Positions 59,819 to 64,000 of a stretch of 64,000 nucleotides of DNA are shown piece by piece. The position numbers and the translations under genes are program-made. Below the pieces are notes generated by a model. It was given only the letters and a program-made list of their open reading frames with translations. It was not told the origin of the DNA and ran no database searches. Source of the stretch: Adineta vaga (lineage: Eukaryota > Animalia > Rotifera); NCBI GenBank assembly GCA_021613535.1, contig CP075496.1, forward strand, positions 9,176,001-9,240,000, given 5' to 3'. Numbering within the stretch: position 1 is the first letter of the stretch; each line of letters starts with the position of its first letter.

Positions 59819-60735
59819 CACCATGATCACGTTGATTTTGACCGTTTTGCTTAGTTTGCTGTGTTTAGGGAGAGCATCAGATACTTTTTATTTTGACATA
59901 GCGTGATAGAGCATCGTCTACTCTATCGAACTATACAGTTTTTATTTTGTTTATTTTAAACCTTGTCCCCAAATTCTGTGCATTCATAAAAATAGTCATT
60001 CAAAATGTTTTAAAACTAGCAATTTTCGAACCCTGTTTCAGGTAATACCTCTTAATGATTAATTTGTAGAGAGTATTAACACTTTTTATTGTTATATAGA
60101 ATAACAGATCATACTTCTCTCTGTCAAGCTAAGCATTTATTTTTCCTATAAGCTTGAGGAAATTTTCAAGGACTAGTTTTGAATTATTTTTGTAAATGCT
60201 TTTTGCACTTTTCTTCGAACAAGTCTGAGTTCTTTGAGCATTTAGATCTTTTCTTTAATATATAACACGTAGTTGAATAAAGTATCGACTCCTCTATTAC
60301 TTTGTATACTTTTAATTAGCTTTACGTTCGATATTACGGATAAATTTGCGCAAAAACGTTAATAAAGTCAGTTTTTCACATGTGCAGAAAAGGGCCAAAT
60401 CTTACCAAAAAAATTTATTTTCTCCTCAAAATAGAGTAATTTTCACTTGACATGTTTTTCCCGAGGACTATTAATGTACTTTTTCCCATTTAAAACAATT
60501 TTCATTGTCGATGATTTCAATCAAAGTGAAATATAGGTTTGCAAAAGTTCAAAATCAGGGCTTCTCAAATACTACTAGACTTTAGAACAAAGTTTAAAAT
60601 AAACAAATAAAAAAACTATATAGTTCGATAAAGTAGACGATGCTCTATCAGGCTATATCAAAATAAAAAGTATCAGATGCTCTCCCTAAATACAGCAAAC
60701 TAAGCAAAACGGTCAAAATCAACGTGATCATGGTG
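59819..60735. mobile_element. 917-bp non-autonomous DNA transposon (MITE) with about 150-bp TIRs and TA target-site duplication (Tc1/mariner/pogo type)
   Basis: TA|CACCATGATCACGTTGATTTTGACCGTTTTGCTTAG... mirrored by ...CTAAGCAAAACGGTCAAAATCAACGTGATCATGGTG|TA; no internal ORF in the track. Confidence 0.92.
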
Positions 60736-60901
60736 TATATAATACTACTTATTGCGATATAAACTTTTATTATATACTTTCGATAGAGATTTTTCTCAAG
60801 AAATGTTGAATGCGAACAGTTGTTTTTATATTAACAGATAAACTCATACATTAATTTTTTATTTCTTAATTATTTAAAACTAAAACAGAATATTTAGTAA
60901 A

Positions 60902-61381
60902 TCACGATATTACACAGGATCTGCTTGTTCGAGAACGAAAACGTTGTTGAAGTCTTAGCATTGGTTCAATATAATTTTCTTTTAACCATTCTTGTTTGAA
61001 AGCAAGAATTCTTTGAACTTGACATGTTCGTCCGGCGATGACCAACGAAGGCACGACAACCAATTGTTGACGTACTTGACCAATTTCATAAAATCTTCCT
61101 TGCATATCCCGACTCAATGCATCACTTTGAAAAAATACTTTTCCAATAAGTATGTTTGGATTGAGCGTAAGAGCTAGGAAATATACGAGCTTATCTTCTT
61201 CATCAGATAACGATGCCCATCTCGAATAATTTGTATAGCGTTTAATATCATTATCGTTATAATCAATACAGTAACATACACAATTCAGATAGTACATGAT
61301 TTTTCCAATATCACTGTTCGGAACATTTGCAATGTTTGTTGTATCACGAATTTGCAATTGTTGTCTTTCTAAATATGCCAT
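60902..61381 (-). CDS. Hypothetical 159-aa protein with basic tail and C-terminal CaaX motif
   Basis: Clean single-exon ORF ending RFRSRTSRSCVIS. Confidence 0.7.
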   Translation of the reverse strand: MAYLERQQLQIRDTTNIANVPNSDIGKIMYYLNCVCYCIDYNDNDIKRYTNYSRWASLSDEEDKLVYFLALTLNPNILIGKVFFQSDALSRDMQGRFYEIGQVRQQLVVVPSLVIAGRTCQVQRILAFKQEWLKENYIEPMLRLQQRFRSRTSRSCVIS

Positions 61382-61850
61382 ATCAGCAGAAACTTTTCCA
61401 GAACAATTATTGACTTGTATATATCAAATGATTTTTTAAATCTGTTGTAACTAGTGTAGACGGTGAGAGAAATAAGTATGTAAATGAACTAGAATAGTTA
61501 TGGAAAGTGAGAAGATTATGGTGGAACCGAATATATACTACTATTCTACTTCTGACTATTTTATTCTTTACTACCTATGTGTCAACAGCTTTTTTTCTTT
61601 ATTCTTTTACATCCTATAGACGGGCATGAATCATTAAATCGAGATTTTCCAACTTCTTTTCTATTTGATTCATAGACAAATCGAAAAACAAGTCATCAAA
61701 CAATAACAATACCTTCATAATAATATTCTTTTTCAACATGGTATCTAACTTTTATTTTAAACGTCACATCGTTTTGTTAATAATGAAACACATCATCTGG
61801 TTGCATTTCGTATACATATGTTATTAATTGGTTATCTTGAAAAAGACCAT

Positions 61851-61904
61851 ATCTTGAAGGTGGGTGTTGCATAAGTGTAGTACTCATCCACACACCACAC
61901 CCTT
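61851..61904. repeat. Telomere-hexamer hairpin element, copy D (inverted relative to copy A)
   Basis: ATCTTGAAGGTGGGTGT ... CACACCACACCCTT; loop TGTAGTACTCA is the reverse complement of copy A loop TGAGTACTACA. Confidence 0.65.
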
Positions 61905-62797
61905 ATGTTTTAAGAGTATAGCAGTTAACTGGAAATAAGAGCAGAAAGCAACACTCATGTTCATATACAACTTTCTATAAAACGAACTCAAAATTCAGAA
62001 AAATATAACTCCATAGTGCAAATGCAAACGTCACTTTTAGTATAGTATAATGAAATTTCAGAACGTTTCCGTGCCATTAGTACACATATACAAAAGAATT
62101 TGTTATATAGATCAAGATGAGTTTTCAATTTTATAAAACTTTTGATCATAAAATACACTAAACAAACAATTAAGAATACAATCGAAAACGAAATGTTTGA
62201 CTGTGCTAACAAAGATTATATTTAATAGCAGTCTCAGACATATTCCTAATCAGAGAAAATTATTCACCTCTCAGTTTCATTTATCAAACGAGATAGAAGC
62301 ACTCGCACACTCACATCACGTTTTACTTCTCAATCAAAACAATGGAAATTTGATCGCACTATTCAATTTTTTTTTCGTTTTTTATTACAATGCACTTTCT
62401 CTATGTTAATATTGATATTGAAATGGTTCGACAAAATCATCTCAAATTTTTTTTTGACTGTTGATCTTTGTAATTAAAAAAACACACATATGTAGGTAAT
62501 AAAATATCGTTTTGATCAAATTACTATTCATTTAAAACTAAGATATATTTTTTTCAGGTCACAATAATATTCGTTCGATTGTATGTAAATGAAAATTTTC
62601 AGATAAAAAATCAAATCCCTTGATAACTGAAAAACGAGATGCATTTTTTTCATCCTTCTGATGGTACGAAGATAAATGAAAAAACAACAGATATTCTGTC
62701 TTTTGTCAATAATAATATCAACTTCTTCCTATAAATTTCGTTGACTTGTGTCATGAAGATTTTAGTTTTTGCTTACTGTCGACTAAACTAAGTAAGA

Positions 62798-63448
62798 ATG
62801 CCTTATGAACAAACATTTTTTATTATCATCATTCTTGTCACTTTGATCAATGTTCATTCCACTGATGGATTTATATGTAGCTGTTCATGTTGTACGGGCA
62901 ACCGTTGTACACGAATATCACCCACGAACTATACAATCTCAACTTGTGAAGCATGCGAATCGATGTGTCAGAATGAGTTTTCATCAACTTGCATGAAAGG
63001 AGCTAGCCATGTTTCTTATCAATGTATGAACGATGCTCTACTATCACGACAGTTGGGTGGACCAAACTGGATTGGTACATTTCATGCCACAGATGAATGT
63101 GATACAACAGATTGTTGTTGTCTAACTGATGTTGTATATTTTAATCGTGGAAATAACAATAATCTTCATATTCAAGGTCAATTTAACGGACAATGTTCAA
63201 GTGCATCACCCACTGTGTATGCTATATACGCCATGCCCAATACATATTCTGCTGAATTCCGATTTTTAAATCAACCTATAACGGTTAAACTGAGTGCAGA
63301 TAGTCAAACAATCTCATTCATGGAAACAGATAATATGGCATGTCGTTATAAAGCTGTAAGAGTAAATAATGCATCTTTTAATACAATTAACTGGATATAT
63401 ATATTACTGCTTAGCAGTCTGATCAATTCTAAAAAATATTTCTTCTAA
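62798..63448 (+). CDS. Secreted cysteine-rich protein, possibly GPI-anchored
   Basis: Signal peptide, CSCSCC and CDTTDCCC motifs, hydrophobic C-terminal tail after NNAS. Confidence 0.75.
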   Translation: MPYEQTFFIIIILVTLINVHSTDGFICSCSCCTGNRCTRISPTNYTISTCEACESMCQNEFSSTCMKGASHVSYQCMNDALLSRQLGGPNWIGTFHATDECDTTDCCCLTDVVYFNRGNNNNLHIQGQFNGQCSSASPTVYAIYAMPNTYSAEFRFLNQPITVKLSADSQTISFMETDNMACRYKAVRVNNASFNTINWIYILLLSSLINSKKYFF

Positions 63449-63604
63449 GACTTATATAATTCGAATACTTATTTTATTTTGCTTATTGGAAAGCTTTTTC
63501 TTCTTACGATCGTATATTTAATAAATAAATAAATAAACAGGACCTCATTTTAAGTTTTAAATAAAGATATGATTATTATATACTCGGAAAGAAAGAAAAT
63601 CAAT

Positions 63605-64000
63605 TTAACTCATAGTGAATTTATGTGAGCTGGCCATATCTAACGCTAATGCTTTCATATTCAAGACATTCTTCTGTTCATCAAATGTCCATTGAGTTGT
63701 TGGTATTAATGATTGTCCATTCCATGTAATAGTACTTGGTCGTCCACTCAGACCAAATATTTTGATTTCTTCTAATTTGATTTCTTTATCCATTTGAGGA
63801 TAATCGTAAGACCATGGTTCAAGCATTAAACGTTGAGAATTGTATGTAAAAATAAAATGATTATATTGAGATCTTTCAAATGTATCGATAGATTCACCAT
63901 CATCCCAATATAAATCACCTTGAGCTTTTCCACGTTTATCGAGAGCAACAACTAGATAGAATGGTTTCTTTCGCGATAGAACTGTATTCATTGCACTTCG
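63605..64000 (-). CDS. Glycoside hydrolase family 31 (lysosomal alpha-glucosidase/maltase-glucoamylase-like), C-terminal part; gene continues beyond the window
   Basis: NTVLSRKKPFYLVVALD, AQGDLYWDDGES motif of the GH31 distal domain. Confidence 0.85.
   Translation of the reverse strand, partial: RSAMNTVLSRKKPFYLVVALDKRGKAQGDLYWDDGESIDTFERSQYNHFIFTYNSQRLMLEPWSYDYPQMDKEIKLEEIKIFGLSGRPSTITWNGQSLIPTTQWTFDEQKNVLNMKALALDMASSHKFTMS

Overview
AT-rich eukaryotic genomic DNA with short (about 45-135 nt) GT-AG introns and dense genes. The gene content (TPR/ADP-ribosyltransferase proteins, an NHL-repeat protein, divergent F-box/LRR proteins, Kelch and FG-GAP repeats, several bacterial/fungal-type genes carrying spliceosomal introns) and TGTGGG/TGAGGG hexamers suggest a bdelloid rotifer; this is an inference, not a database result. 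The window holds about 24 genes or pseudogenes. The standout is a strongly diverged RNA polymerase II largest subunit (RPB1) gene at 8994-14685. Its catalytic core is intact, but its CTD is fully degenerate, spread over six small exons, and out of frame with the body by one nucleotide, making it a candidate specialised or decaying Pol II paralogue. Also present: a CCCH-DEAH helicase-RRM/KH-RBR E3 ligase fusion near two R-S-ExE ADP-ribosyltransferases; a probably horizontally acquired DUF2891 gene with introns and a signal peptide; three type II membrane glycosyltransferases; a Reeler-EGF-SEA-FN2 mosaic protein; a 917-bp TA-flanked MITE; a 90-bp hAT-like MITE; four dispersed hairpin elements built from telomere-like hexamers; and a high load of frameshifts, nonsense codons and microhomology-type deletions. 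All family assignments come from motif recognition by eye.
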